Shown here in pieces: positions 1-10,732 of a DNA stretch of 64,000 bases (its first letter is position 1; each line of letters opens with the position of its first letter). Where the stretch lies: assembly GCA_963717525.1 (NCBI GenBank), contig OY970343.1, forward strand, positions 192,001 to 256,000. Direction: 5' to 3'. A program made the translations under genes and the position numbers. Source of the stretch: an uncultured Methanoregulaceae archaeon. GTDB lineage: Archaea > Halobacteriota > Methanomicrobia > Methanomicrobiales > Methanospirillaceae. Below the pieces are notes generated by a model that had not been told where the DNA came from, ran no database searches, and saw only the letters and a program-made list of their open reading frames with translations.

Positions 1-79
1 AAACACTCTTCGCCACGATGAGAATTGCAACACGATTTGGACAACGGCGACAATCCTGTACTGCCGGTGAACCCATATC

Positions 80-86
80 TTAAATA
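80..86 (+). promoter_or_regulatory. Probable archaeal TATA box for the rpl44e operon
   Basis: TTAAATA about 57 nt upstream of the rpl44e ATG. Confidence 0.5.
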
Positions 87-142
87 TGAACCTTAGCCAA
101 TAATATTGGGATTCAATATCCAGTACATTCGGTGAAAACATC

Positions 143-421
143 ATGAAGATGCCAGTGAAATTCAAAACCTACTGTCCTTTTTGCAGGAATCACCAGATCC
201 ATGAGGTGGAGAAGGTCAAGAAAAGCAAGACAACCGGCCTCCACTGGATCGACCGCCAGAAGGAACGCAGAGGAAAAGTGGGCAACATGGGCAAGTTCTC
301 GAAAGTCCCTGGTGGCGACAAGCCCACAAAGAAGATTAACGTCAGGTACCGCTGCACAACGTGTGGGAAAGCACACCTGCGCAAAGGCTACCGGGTCGCG
401 AAGTTTGAGTTGACGGAGTGA
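143..421 (+). CDS. rpl44e: 50S ribosomal protein L44e
   Basis: [13 protein letters not shown]...[11 protein letters not shown] zinc-ribbon pattern; conserved L44e-S27e-aIF2a-Nop10 order. Confidence 0.96.
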   Translation: MKMPVKFKTYCPFCRNHQIHEVEKVKKSKTTGLHWIDRQKERRGKVGNMGKFSKVPGGDKPTKKINVRYRCTTCGKAHLRKGYRVAKFELTE

Positions 422-426
422 GAAAC

Positions 427-615
427 ATGGTACGTGAAGCACGAGCGAACCGGAGCAGTTTTTTAAAGGTAAAGTGCCCGGACTGCGATAACGAGCAGAC
501 GGTCTTTTCTAAGGCGAGCACGACCGTAAAATGTGTTGTCTGCGGACGCGATCTCGCGACACCGGCGGGCGGAAAAGCGAACTTAAAGGCTGAGATCATC
601 TCAGAGTTCAAGTGA
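427..615 (+). CDS. rps27e: 30S ribosomal protein S27e
   Basis: FLKVKCPDCDNEQTVF...KCVVCG...PAGGKA. Confidence 0.96.
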   Translation: MVREARANRSSFLKVKCPDCDNEQTVFSKASTTVKCVVCGRDLATPAGGKANLKAEIISEFK

Positions 616-623
616 GCCATCAC

Positions 624-1422
624 ATGCCGGACAGGGACAGGGAATGGCCACAGGAATCGGAACTGGTAGTTTGTACCGTAGAAAACGTCAAGGATTTTGT
701 CGCGTTCGTATCGCTTGACGAATACGGTGGCAGGCAGGGACTCATCCCCATCTCTGAAATTGCAACCGGGTGGATAAAGTATATCCGTGACCACATCCGC
801 GAGGGCCAGAAAATTGTCTGCAAGGTCCTCAATGTCGACCGGAACCGGGGTCACATCGATCTTTCTTTAAAGGATGTCAACGAGCACCAGCGCCGCGAGA
901 AGATCCGCGAGTGGAAGAACGAGTCCAAGGCGCGCAAGTGGATCGGCTTTGTCGCAGAGAAGTCCGGTGAACCCGCAACGGCGATAGAAGATGCAATCCT
1001 CGATAAGTATGGCGAGCTGTATGCGGTGTTTGAAGATGTCGTCACCGACAGCGATGCGACGATCAGGAAGCTGGGGCTCTCCAAAAAGGCCGGCGAAGCA
1101 CTGATTCATATCGCTCACGAGAGCGTCAAGATCCCCAAGGTTGAAGTAACCGGCCAGCTGGTCCTGATGTCTGCAGAACCTGACGGAGTTATGGTGATAC
1201 GCAATGCCTTAAAAAAGGCAAGCGAAGCCAAGACTGCCGGAGCAGACATCGAGTCTGCTGTACCTGGGCGCACCGATCTACCGAATCAAGGTGACAGCAT
1301 CCGATTACAAGAAAGCCGAAAAAGCGCTTGAAAAAGCAGCCAACGCCGCTGTTTCTGTCCTTGAAAAGGCAGGCGGCGAAGGCAAACTCATAAAGAAACC
1401 CAAGTCCGGGAAGAGCCAATGA
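624..1422 (+). CDS. eif2a: Translation initiation factor aIF-2 alpha; +1 frameshift at ~1254, probably a sequencing error
   Basis: S1 domain WPQESELVVCTV...ISEIATGWIKYIRD; the +1 frame after 1254 gives LLYLGAPIYRIKVTASDYKKAEKAL and ends at a TGA overlapping the nop10 ATG. Confidence 0.93.
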
Positions 1423-1583
1423 GCGGAAGAATCCGACGCTGCAGCACAGATCATATCTATACCCTTTCTCTGCAGTGTCCCGTGTGCGGTCAGCCAACAT
1501 CAGTCGCCCACCCGGCACGTTTTTCGGTACAGGACCGTTTCGGCAGGTACCGGAGGATAGCAAAGGACAAGGCTGCGCAATGA
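1419..1583 (+). CDS. nop10: H/ACA RNP protein Nop10 (absent from the ORF track)
   Basis: Manual translation MSGRIRRCSTDHIYTLSLQCPVCGQPTSVAHPARFSVQDRFGRYRR..; ATGA overlaps at both ends. Confidence 0.92.
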   Translation: MSGRIRRCSTDHIYTLSLQCPVCGQPTSVAHPARFSVQDRFGRYRRIAKDKAAQ

Positions 1584-2335
1584 TCGACGATATCAGTATC
1601 CGGTACTGCGATACTTTTGATAAGGCCCTTACTGACCCGATCCTGATCGGGGGTCTGCCTGGTATCGGGCAGGTAGGAAAACTTGTTGCAGAGTACATGA
1701 TCCACATGCTCGGCGCGGAAAAAGTCGGGGAGATCCACGCGATCTATCTCCCTCCGCAGGTTATAATTGAGGAAAACGGTGTCGCCAGGCTGCCACGCAA
1801 CGAGATCTACCTTTATAAGGCGGCGAATCGGCATCTTGTTTTTCTGGTCGGCGATTTCCAGAGCACTTCAAACGAGGGGCACTACCTTATGACGGATGCA
1901 TATCTTGATATCGCCGTGGAACTGGGGGTAAAACGCATCTACACGCTCGGGGGGTTTGGCGTCGGCCACCTCGTCTATACACCCCGGGTTTTTGGCGCCA
2001 CGAACCGTGTAGAGCTCAAGGCTGAAATAATGGATGCGGGCGTGACATTTGACCGCGATGAGCCGGGCGGTGGGATCTTAGGCGCGGCCGGTCTCCTCCT
2101 TGGAATGGGGAGCATGAGAGGGATCGATGCCATCTGCCTGATGGGCGAGACGAGCGGGTATGTCGTCGATCCTATGAGCGCCGCAAGCGTTCTTACGGCT
2201 CTCTCAAAACTTATCGCGGTGCCTGTCGATCCCACCCAGCTTAATGACCGTGCAGCTGAGATGGAAAAGGTCGTGCAGAGACTCCTCGAAAACGCACAGA
2301 GCCAGCACGATGAAGAGCTGAGCTATATCGGCTGA
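1580..2335 (+). CDS. Proteasome assembly chaperone (PAC2) family protein
   Basis: LIGGLPGIGQVGKL...YTLGGFG...CLMGETSGY..DP; usual position after nop10. Confidence 0.9.
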   Translation: MIDDISIRYCDTFDKALTDPILIGGLPGIGQVGKLVAEYMIHMLGAEKVGEIHAIYLPPQVIIEENGVARLPRNEIYLYKAANRHLVFLVGDFQSTSNEGHYLMTDAYLDIAVELGVKRIYTLGGFGVGHLVYTPRVFGATNRVELKAEIMDAGVTFDRDEPGGGILGAAGLLLGMGSMRGIDAICLMGETSGYVVDPMSAASVLTALSKLIAVPVDPTQLNDRAAEMEKVVQRLLENAQSQHDEELSYIG

Positions 2336-2492
2336 CGATCCTTTTTTGCTCCGTCTGACCGCACCGATCTCTTCTTTCACCGGCACGCGTGCTTATCTTA
2401 CCCTCTCTGCTGCGATTCATATCAGTTTGTTTTATAAACCTATGCTGTCCTGATTATACATTGCATAAATATACTAGCGCTGGTGCCCCCGT

Positions 2493-3881
2493 ATGCTCTC
2501 CGTAATGGTTGTCGATGATGATCCCGCAATCCTTGATGTCACCCGGCTCGTACTGGAGCGTTCGCACGAGATCTCCGTCCGGCCGGTCAGCTCGTCCCGG
2601 GAAGCTCTTGACGTGCTCCAGAAGAGCAGTTTTGATGCTATCGTCCTCGATTACGATCTGCCGGAGATCAACGGCATTGAATTCTTAAAGATCATCCGGG
2701 GCAAAGGGGACGTGACCCCGGTTATTATCTTCACCGGTGTCGGCAGGGAAAATGCCGCAATCGCCGCACTCAACAACGGTGCCAACTTCTTCCTGAAAAA
2801 AGGCGAGAATATGGAGATGCCGTTTATCGAACTGCGACGGATGATCCGGCACGCGGTTGAGCAGCGGTTCATGGGAAAGGCCAAAGGCCTGTCCCGGAAG
2901 ATCGTCTTTGATTTGGTCAACTTCTCTCTTGACGCCGAGTTCGCTATCGATCCCGAGGGAAATGTCCTTGCATGGAACAGGACCATGGAGCAGTTGACCG
3001 GTGTCCCTTCGCAGACGTTACTGGATAAAGGAAATTCCGCCTATGCAGAGCCTTTTTTTGGCAAACGACAGAAAATGCTCATTGACATGGTCTTCTTCTC
3101 TGAGGATGCCATACGGAAAGCCCGGTACATGGTCATCAACAGGGAGAAGAACGGTCCCGCGGTAGCGGTCACCCGGGCACGAAAGGCGGACGGGACGGAA
3201 TGGACGCTCTGGATGAAGGCGACCCCGCTCTTCGATAACCACGGTGAGTTTATCGCAGCTGCATGTATTGTACGGGATGTCACCACCACGTTCAAAGATG
3301 TCAGTATAGAAGAGGAATCGCCGGTCGCGGCCTCCTCGACTCCTTCGGCTGCAGAAGGCGAGGCTGCTTCGTTGGGCGGCAGTTTTATCAACCGGATCCT
3401 TGGCAAAGCGATGGTGCAGTACAAGGAAGGCGTCAACCTCTACGCCCGCAACCGGAATTACCGGGGGGCCATCGAAGCGTTCGAACGGGCGATCGAGATT
3501 GACCCGAAACTCCCCTATGTCTGGAACGACCGGGGTATCTGTATTCGGACGCTGGGGGATTATGATGAGGCGCTCAAGTCGTTCCTGCGTGCGGTGGAAC
3601 TGGCCCCGGGGAATGTCGAGATCCTGTACGAGCTTGGGGAGACTCTCGAACAGATGGGCGTCCTGCAGATGAACAACAAGTATCTTGAAGCGGCAGTGGA
3701 GACCTTCAAGATGGTGGTCAGTCTCCTGCCCAACAACATGGATTCCTGGAACCATATCGGCATCTGCTTAAAGGAACTGGGGAGACCTGAGGAGTCGAAG
3801 TTCTATTTTGACCGGTCCCGGGATATCCGGCTCTGGAAGAAGGATACACCCGTTCCGAGGAAACGAAACGAGTATCTCTGA
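2493..3881 (+). CDS. Response regulator with REC-PAS-TPR architecture
   Basis: VVDDD...LDYDLPEINGIEFL...FLKK; PAS WNRTMEQLTG; C-terminal TPRs (AIEAFERAIEIDPK, WNDRG). Confidence 0.85.
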   Translation: MLSVMVVDDDPAILDVTRLVLERSHEISVRPVSSSREALDVLQKSSFDAIVLDYDLPEINGIEFLKIIRGKGDVTPVIIFTGVGRENAAIAALNNGANFFLKKGENMEMPFIELRRMIRHAVEQRFMGKAKGLSRKIVFDLVNFSLDAEFAIDPEGNVLAWNRTMEQLTGVPSQTLLDKGNSAYAEPFFGKRQKMLIDMVFFSEDAIRKARYMVINREKNGPAVAVTRARKADGTEWTLWMKATPLFDNHGEFIAAACIVRDVTTTFKDVSIEEESPVAASSTPSAAEGEAASLGGSFINRILGKAMVQYKEGVNLYARNRNYRGAIEAFERAIEIDPKLPYVWNDRGICIRTLGDYDEALKSFLRAVELAPGNVEILYELGETLEQMGVLQMNNKYLEAAVETFKMVVSLLPNNMDSWNHIGICLKELGRPEESKFYFDRSRDIRLWKKDTPVPRKRNEYL

Positions 3882-3970
3882 TTATAAGGTACCTCGGGTG
3901 CGGGAAAATTCCGGGAACCCGGAAGCGCATCCCTCTTATATATTTGCACGGCGTAATCAGGAAGGAAATC

Positions 3971-5092
3971 ATGCTTGCAAATGCCGATTTGCATATCCAT
4001 TCGCCTTTTTCGATGGCAGTCTCCGGCGCGATGCGTCCGGAAAAACTTCTTATCGCGTCTAAAGTCAAAGGCCTGCATGTACTTGGCACCGGTGACGCCA
4101 TGCACCCGGCTTGGCAACAGGAATGGAAACCGTTCCTTGAAAATATGCAGGAGATCTGCGTTGTCCCGACTGGGGAGATCGAGGACGATCACCGGGTCCA
4201 TCATCTGGTCCTTGCCGAGGAGTTCGGCCAATTTGACCAGCTCCGCGATCTTCTTGCGCCAAAAAGCAGGAGTATCGGAACGAACGGCCGCCCCCACGTG
4301 TACCTTTCCGGGGAAATCATCGCAGAGCATGCGCATGAGGTCGGGGCCCTCATCGGCCCGGCCCATGCGTTTACTCCATGGACCGCGCTCTTTGCGTACC
4401 ATGATTCGGTTGCCGGCTGTTATGGCGACGAAAAGATCGACCTTCTCGAACTGGGACTCTCAGCGGACAGCTCCTATGGTGCCAGTATCCCGGATCTATC
4501 GGGAGTCCCTTTTCTCTCAAACTCAGATGCCCACAGCCCGCAGCTGGAGAAGATCGGCCGCGAGTTCAACCGGATACAGGTTTCCGGCCACCTGTCAGTA
4601 CGCAATGTACTTGACTGCATCAGGGCCGGCGAGATCACGATGAATGCCGGTTTTTTCCCGGAAGAAGGGAAGTACAACCGTACTGCCTGCGTCCGCTGTT
4701 TTACCCAGTACTCCCTTGAAGAGGCGCAGCAGCACAACTGGCGCTGCCCCGCCGATGGCGGCCTCATCAAGAAGGGTGTCTCTGACCGGGCCCGTGAACT
4801 TTCACGCGGTACACCCGGGCCGCGCCCGCCCTACCTCCACATCGTCCCGCTCGGGCAGATTATTCAGACCCTTGAAGGCGCCTCGTCTCCCCATACGAAG
4901 AAATGCCGGGCGATCTACGATGCGTTCATCATGGCGTTCGAAAACGAGATTGATATCCTCGTCTCGGCCCCGCTTCCCGAGATCCGGGCAGTTCATCCCG
5001 GGGTCGCAGATGCGATCTCGGCCTTGCGGGAAAACCGCGTGATCCTCCACCCCGGCGGCGGGGGAAAGTTCGGCACGTTCTCTCTTAAATGA
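3971..5092 (+). CDS. PHP-domain endonuclease Q family protein
   Basis: ADLHIHSPFS, GTGD, GPAHAFTPW, ELGLSAD, SNSDAHS, EGKY..C..C, GGGGKFG. Confidence 0.88.
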   Translation: MLANADLHIHSPFSMAVSGAMRPEKLLIASKVKGLHVLGTGDAMHPAWQQEWKPFLENMQEICVVPTGEIEDDHRVHHLVLAEEFGQFDQLRDLLAPKSRSIGTNGRPHVYLSGEIIAEHAHEVGALIGPAHAFTPWTALFAYHDSVAGCYGDEKIDLLELGLSADSSYGASIPDLSGVPFLSNSDAHSPQLEKIGREFNRIQVSGHLSVRNVLDCIRAGEITMNAGFFPEEGKYNRTACVRCFTQYSLEEAQQHNWRCPADGGLIKKGVSDRARELSRGTPGPRPPYLHIVPLGQIIQTLEGASSPHTKKCRAIYDAFIMAFENEIDILVSAPLPEIRAVHPGVADAISALRENRVILHPGGGGKFGTFSLK

Positions 5093-5157
5093 TTTTTTCA
5101 AATGCGTTCGCCATTCCGCACCGGACGAGAGGGGATCCTGTAAAAAAGATGGTGGGG

Positions 5158-6633
5158 TTACATATCGAAGTAGAGGTGGAACTCCCACGGGTGGGGGCGG
5201 AGACGGATAGCGTCGATCTCTGCCCGTTTGTACTCGATCCAGACATCGATGACATCCGGCGTGAATACGCCGCCTTCGAGCAGGAACTTGTGGTCTGCTT
5301 CCAGGGCATCGATGGCCTGTTCGAGTGAACCAGGTACTGTCGGGATCTTCTTTGCTGCCTTGCTCTCGAGCTCGTAGGTGTTTCCTTCGAACGGCTGGCC
5401 GGGATCGATCTTCTTTTTGACACCATCGATACCTGCCATCAACAGTGCTGAGAACGAAAGGTAAGGGTTACACATCGGATCCGGCGGCCGGAACTCGATC
5501 CGTTTTGACTTAGGGTTCTCCGAGTACATCGGGATACGGACTGCGGCCGACCGGTTCCTCAGGGAGTACACGAGGTTGACCGGCGCCTCGTAGCCTGGCA
5601 CGAGACGCTTGTAGGAGTTGGTGGACGGGGCACAGAACGCCATGAGCGCATTCGCGTGCTTGAGGAGACCGCCGATGTAATGCTTCGCGGTCTGGCTGAT
5701 CATCCCATAGCCCTTCGCATCAAAGAACAGGTTCTTGCCATTCTTCCAGATCGACTGGTGGGTGTGCATACCAGACCCGTTATCGCCAAAGAGCGGCTTT
5801 GGCATAAACGTCGCCACCATGCCGAACTGCAGGGCCATGTTCTTGACGATATATTTGTACATCATACAGTTGTCCGCCATTTTTACGAGCGGGCTGTACC
5901 TCATATCGATCTCATTCTGGCCGGCGGTCGCCACTTCGTGGTGGTGCACCTCGACCGGAATTCCCGTCTCGATCATCTTGTTGATGATGTGGCTCCTGAC
6001 GTCCTGAAGCGAGTCATGCGGGGGCACCGGGAAATAGCCCTCCTTGTGGCGCGGCTTGTATCCGAGATTGGGCTGTTCGTCGCGCCCCGAGTTCCAGATA
6101 CCCTCAACCGAGTCCACCGAGTAGAATCCCTGGTTGACGGTCTGGGAGTACCTGACGTCATCGAAAAGGAAGAACTCGTACTCCGGTCCCCAGAAACTTT
6201 CATCAGCAATGCCGGTCGCTTTGAGGTACTGCTCTGCTTTCTGGGCGATATACCGCGGGTCACGGGTATATGCAACCTTTGTCACCGGGTCAAAGACGTT
6301 GCAGATGATGGAAAGAGTGGGGACTTCACAGACCGGGTCAGCGACTGCTGTCGAAGCGTCCGGATGCAGTATCATGTCCGATTCCTGGATTTTCTGGAAT
6401 CCCCGGATCGATGAACCATCAAATCCGATCCCTTCGGCCCAGATGCCGGCATGAGGATCGGCATCCTTGACGAGCTCTGATGCCGGTATGGAGAAATGCT
6501 GCCAGAGGCCCGGCAGGTCATTGAACTTAAAATCAACGATCCGGATATTCTTCTTTTTGATAAGAGTACTAATCGAGCTGATCTGGTCTTTTGTCACGCC
6601 CGCCATCCTGGTGCTCTTGCTCTTTTGAACCAT
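5158..6633 (-). CDS. glnA: Glutamine synthetase type I (GSI-beta-like)
   Basis: FDGSSIRG, HHHEVATAGQNE, TFMPKPLFGDNGSGMH, NSYKRLVPGYEAP, NRSAAVRIP, RIEFR. Confidence 0.97.
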   Translation of the reverse strand: MVQKSKSTRMAGVTKDQISSISTLIKKKNIRIVDFKFNDLPGLWQHFSIPASELVKDADPHAGIWAEGIGFDGSSIRGFQKIQESDMILHPDASTAVADPVCEVPTLSIICNVFDPVTKVAYTRDPRYIAQKAEQYLKATGIADESFWGPEYEFFLFDDVRYSQTVNQGFYSVDSVEGIWNSGRDEQPNLGYKPRHKEGYFPVPPHDSLQDVRSHIINKMIETGIPVEVHHHEVATAGQNEIDMRYSPLVKMADNCMMYKYIVKNMALQFGMVATFMPKPLFGDNGSGMHTHQSIWKNGKNLFFDAKGYGMISQTAKHYIGGLLKHANALMAFCAPSTNSYKRLVPGYEAPVNLVYSLRNRSAAVRIPMYSENPKSKRIEFRPPDPMCNPYLSFSALLMAGIDGVKKKIDPGQPFEGNTYELESKAAKKIPTVPGSLEQAIDALEADHKFLLEGGVFTPDVIDVWIEYKRAEIDAIRLRPHPWEFHLYFDM

Positions 6634-6722
6634 GTAGTCACCTGTTCCTACCGGCAGGCATGTGCAAGCATGATTGAATAGTCCATACCCTCGTGAGACT
6701 CACGCGCGATACCTGCAGGCAA

Positions 6723-6740
6723 TAGGAAGAGTATTTCCTA
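6723..6740. promoter_or_regulatory. NrpR-type nitrogen operator upstream of glnA
   Basis: TAGGAA-GAGTAT-TTCCTA matches GGAA-N6-TTCC and lies just downstream of a minus-strand TATA box TTTAAATA (6748-6755). Confidence 0.85.
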
Positions 6741-6908
6741 CTAATAATATTTAAACATAGGTTGTTGTTTTTCCCGCCCGTTCTCCCGGATCCATAAACG
6801 CGATCCTGCCGCCCGATGCCGTCATCGTGGCTCCGGGTACATGCAGTTCGTCCTGCCCGTGGCTGTCCGTAAAGATTAATGAAACCGGCCTCCAACATAT
6901 TCTCCAGA

Positions 6909-7085
6909 ATGCTTAACGTACACCGGGATGTCTGCGGGTATTGCGGATGCTGTGTGTCAGTCTGCCCCGAAGGTGCACTTGAACTGATCGACGCATACCT
7001 TTCTGTTGAAGAGAACTGTACGAGCTGCGGTATCTGCGCCAAGGTCTGTCCTCTTGGTGCGCTGGAGGTCGTGCATGAAAAGTAA
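6909..7085 (+). CDS. 2x[4Fe-4S] ferredoxin, likely electron donor to the adjacent reductase
   Basis: [12 protein letters not shown] and [12 protein letters not shown]; overlaps the GGR start. Confidence 0.9.
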   Translation: MLNVHRDVCGYCGCCVSVCPEGALELIDAYLSVEENCTSCGICAKVCPLGALEVVHEK

Positions 7086-8271
7086 ATACGAAGTCCTCGT
7101 TGTCGGTGGCGGTCCTGCCGGCGCGCTTGCTGCCCGGACTGCGGCAGAGAAAGGGCTCTCGGTCTGCCTTGTGGAAAAGCGTCCCGCGATCGGTGCTCCC
7201 GTCCGCTGTGCCGAAGGAATTGGTAAGGAGGCACTCGCTGAGTTCATTGCACCCGATCCACGCTGGATCTCCGCAGAGATGACCGGTGCGGGCATTGTTG
7301 CACCCGATGGTTTTGAGATGACGCTTGAGTCCTCCCTGGCCGGCGGTAAAGTCGGGTACATCCTCGACCGCAAGGTCTTTGACCGGGAACTGGTCTGGCA
7401 GGCAGCAGATGCCGGGGCGGATGTCTATGTCAAGACCCGGGCCTCCGCACCGATCATGCACGAGGGCCGGCTCAAGGGAGCGCAGGTCGAGTACTGCGGT
7501 AATTCGGCAAAGGTCATGGCCGATGTCGTGATCGCGGCCGATGGTGTTGAGTCGAAGTTTGGCAAGTGGTGCGGCATCGACACAACCGTCCCGGTAAGAG
7601 AGATCATGAGCTCGGTGCAGTATGTCATGACCGATATCGACATCAACCCGCATGCCACGATCTTCTACCTGGGTAACGAGGTTGCACCCGAAGGGTACCT
7701 CTGGGTCTTCCCCAAGGGAAAACGGGCTGCAAATGTTGGTATCGGCATCTCCGGCAGGAAGAGTGGCAAGGGGCACCGGGCCAAGGACTACCTTGACCGG
7801 TTCGTGAAGCAGAAGTTCCCGCATGGCAAAACTATAGAATGCATCGTTGGCGGGGTCTCGGTCTGCCGGCCACTGGAATGCACGGTCGCAGACCACCTGA
7901 TGCTCGTGGGCGACGCGGCACGGGTGGTTGACCCGCTCACGGGCGGCGGCATTTACAACGCAATGTACACCGGCAGGCTCGCGGCAGAGGTCGCGGCAGA
8001 CTGTATCGCAAAAGGCGACCTGTCCAAGAAAGCGCTGATGGTCTACGACCAGGAATGGCGAGCATCCAAGATGGGAAAGAGCATCGAGCGCAACTACCAT
8101 ATCAAGGAATACCTGATCAAGCAGCCGGATGAAAAACTCAACGCCATCATCCATTCGGTCTCGAAGCTCGACTTAAAAGAGTTCTCGACACTTACATTAA
8201 TAAAAGAGTTATTGAAAGTTAACCCGAAACTGCTCGTGGAGCTCGGGGCGCTTGCCGCCTCACTCCGCTGA
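7075..8271 (+). CDS. Digeranylgeranylglycerophospholipid (geranylgeranyl) reductase
   Basis: [11 protein letters not shown] motif, [30 protein letters not shown]. Confidence 0.92.
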   Translation: MKSKYEVLVVGGGPAGALAARTAAEKGLSVCLVEKRPAIGAPVRCAEGIGKEALAEFIAPDPRWISAEMTGAGIVAPDGFEMTLESSLAGGKVGYILDRKVFDRELVWQAADAGADVYVKTRASAPIMHEGRLKGAQVEYCGNSAKVMADVVIAADGVESKFGKWCGIDTTVPVREIMSSVQYVMTDIDINPHATIFYLGNEVAPEGYLWVFPKGKRAANVGIGISGRKSGKGHRAKDYLDRFVKQKFPHGKTIECIVGGVSVCRPLECTVADHLMLVGDAARVVDPLTGGGIYNAMYTGRLAAEVAADCIAKGDLSKKALMVYDQEWRASKMGKSIERNYHIKEYLIKQPDEKLNAIIHSVSKLDLKEFSTLTLIKELLKVNPKLLVELGALAASLR

Positions 8272-8377
8272 TTTTTTCAACTGTTTGTTAAGAAGCCGCT
8301 GGCAGTCCTCCGCTGCTTCTTTCTTTGCCGGTTACCAGCATCGCCATTGAAATAATTTGTGTATAAACCTTTATACT

Positions 8378-9019
8378 GTGATCTGCGGGGTTGACGAAGC
8401 CGGAAAAGGTTCGGTCTTGGGGCCTATGGTGGTTGCTGCGGTAGGAGTTCGATCCGCAGATATTTTTTCCGATCTTGGCGTTAAGGATTCAAAGCAACTT
8501 GCGATACAGGAGAGGGAACGGCTTTTTGTTCTCATCAAAAAACGCTGCAGGGTTGCCACAGTCGTGATTCCTGCTGAGGAGATTGATTCTCTACGGTGCG
8601 AGATGACGATGAACTCCTGTGTCGCCCGGGCCCACGCAGAAGTCATCCAAAAACTTGCCCCCAGAACCGCGTATGTCGATGCCTGCGATGTCAACCCGTT
8701 CCGGTACGCGGAGACGGTCCGAAGCCATCTTATAGTTCCCTGCGAGATCGTATCCGAGCACCACGCTGATAGTACATACCCCGTAGTCTCAGCTGCAAGC
8801 ATCATTGCAAAAGTTACCCGCGACCGGGAGATCGCAAAACTCGCAAAAAAATACGGTACTATCGGGAGCGGTTACCCCTCCGACCCTGTGACCATCGCGT
8901 ACCTTTCCGCGTATATTGACGAGCATCACTCGCCCCCGCCCATTGCCCGGAGAAGCTGGAAGACGGTGAGCGCGATGCTTGCAAAAAAATCTCAGAGCAA
9001 CCTCTCTGCTTTTTTCTAG
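8378..9019 (+). CDS. rnhB: Ribonuclease HII
   Basis: GVDEAGKGSVLGP, DSK, VSAASIIAKV.RD, GSGYPSDP; C-terminal PIP-like QSNLSAFF. Confidence 0.95.
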   Translation: MICGVDEAGKGSVLGPMVVAAVGVRSADIFSDLGVKDSKQLAIQERERLFVLIKKRCRVATVVIPAEEIDSLRCEMTMNSCVARAHAEVIQKLAPRTAYVDACDVNPFRYAETVRSHLIVPCEIVSEHHADSTYPVVSAASIIAKVTRDREIAKLAKKYGTIGSGYPSDPVTIAYLSAYIDEHHSPPPIARRSWKTVSAMLAKKSQSNLSAFF

Positions 9020-9091
9020 GAACCGTGGTGCAATTTTTCATTGAATGCCTCACCATTGCCTTAATGTGGTTATCCAGTCCATGAAGTACAG

Positions 9092-10387
9092 ATGGACTGG
9101 CTCCTTATCCTGATTGCCCTTGTGGCAATCTACGCCATCTCTGCGTATTTTATCTATAGGAAAAAACTCTGGACCGATCACATTATCTTCTACGGCCCGA
9201 TTATGGCGATCAAGACCGCCCGGGTAAAATTTTTCGATAAATTCACGGCGGTACGGAGCTTTTTTAAGGTCTACGGCACAGTCGGGGTCATCGTAGTTAT
9301 CATTGTCTCGGTCTTCATGACCGTGATGCTTTTTGTCTCGATCCGTTATACACTGATTGTCAGGCCGGAGCCGACCGGGATCTACGAGCCCCAGAATATC
9401 CTTCTGCTCCCGGGGATCAACGACTACGTCCCGTCCACCTTTGCGGTCTGGTTTGCGTTCTTTTTAACAATCGTGGTCCACGAGTTCGGCCATGCGATCC
9501 TCTGCCGGGTGGAAGAGATCAAAGTCAAAGGAATGGGCGTACTCCTTGCCGTGATCCCGATCGGCTTTTTTGTCGAACCTGATGAGGAAGAACTCGAAAA
9601 GACCAAAGGTATGCCCAAGGTGCGGATGTTCGGTGCCGGGATCACCAACAACCTTGTCGTGGGCTTCTCCTGTTTCGTACTGCTGATCCTGCTTTTTGGC
9701 ATAGTAGTGCCGGCTACCCAGCCGGCGATCCATGGGATTTACCAGGGATATCCGGCGGACAATGCAAGTGTACCGCAGGGCTCCGTGGTGACCGCCATCA
9801 ACGGAATTCCGGTTGCAAGCCGGGCAGATGTCTCTACGCTTCTCAATACGACAAAGCCCGGGGATAAGATCACCCTTACTGCGGAGAAAGGCGGGGTGTC
9901 GTCCGATTACACACTCACGCTTGCTCCATGGCCGGCGGAGTATGGTACCAACCAGACGAGCGGGTTCATGGGAGTTGAGTATTATGACGGGGGCGCGGTA
10001 AAGGAGGCCGTCGGGACGATGCTTTCCCCGGTCGGTTTCTTTGAATTTTTGATCGTTCCCTTTGCAAGCGGTGACGGGCTGCAGTACCTGCGCATACTCG
10101 CGTTCGATTCTCCGGACACCACGTACTATCAGGTGCCATTTGCCGGGTTCTGGGACGTGATCCACCTCCTCTTCTGGTGTGCGTGGATCAACATCAACGT
10201 GGGACTCTTCAACGCGATCCCGATGATCCCGCTGGACGGCGGCTACATCCTCAAGGAAGGGGTGGACCGGCTGCTTGACCGGCGTGGGCTTATAAAATAT
10301 TCCGGGTACGTGGTCGGAGCGGTCAGCTACGTGATGATAGTTGTCCTGATATCCCTCATCCTTCTGCCATACCTGCTACACATGTGA
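9092..10387 (+). CDS. Site-2 protease (M50) with PDZ-like insert
   Basis: HEFGH and NAIPMIPLDGG motifs, several TM segments. Confidence 0.92.
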   Translation: MDWLLILIALVAIYAISAYFIYRKKLWTDHIIFYGPIMAIKTARVKFFDKFTAVRSFFKVYGTVGVIVVIIVSVFMTVMLFVSIRYTLIVRPEPTGIYEPQNILLLPGINDYVPSTFAVWFAFFLTIVVHEFGHAILCRVEEIKVKGMGVLLAVIPIGFFVEPDEEELEKTKGMPKVRMFGAGITNNLVVGFSCFVLLILLFGIVVPATQPAIHGIYQGYPADNASVPQGSVVTAINGIPVASRADVSTLLNTTKPGDKITLTAEKGGVSSDYTLTLAPWPAEYGTNQTSGFMGVEYYDGGAVKEAVGTMLSPVGFFEFLIVPFASGDGLQYLRILAFDSPDTTYYQVPFAGFWDVIHLLFWCAWININVGLFNAIPMIPLDGGYILKEGVDRLLDRRGLIKYSGYVVGAVSYVMIVVLISLILLPYLLHM

Positions 10388-10732
10388 GTGCCGAAAAAAA
10401 CCGGTCTTATTTTTCCATTGCCTTCCACAATGTCACTCAATGGTCTGCCGGTAACGAAAAACATGTTTAATTTTTTTAATCTCCAAAATGCGCGTTTATA
10501 GTGCTATTTTGATATTTCTTAAAAACAAGTTCAAATGCATTTCCGCGGCAGATCGGTTCAGGGATCGATGATTATCCCTTCCCCTTTTCCGGGTTGGTGG
10601 AGGGCGGCTGATAAGAACTTTTTATACCGGTTAAAATGGGTATTTTTTAAAAATAATCGTTTAAATCCGTGCCAGCTGGTTCGTGAATTGTTCGGTACAG
10701 CAGTATCTCAAAAAAGGCGTTATCTGGCCCTC

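Noticed and set aside
6913..8154. Long antisense or overlapping ORFs (for example 6913-8154, 19254-20189, 28389-29423, 29457-30332, 14535-15485)
   Set aside because: Shadow ORFs of well-supported genes in GC-rich coding sequence, with no recognisable motifs
10390..10730. AT-rich gap between convergent genes as an ncRNA or small ORF
   Set aside because: No convincing structure, SD or motif; consistent with terminator T-tracts
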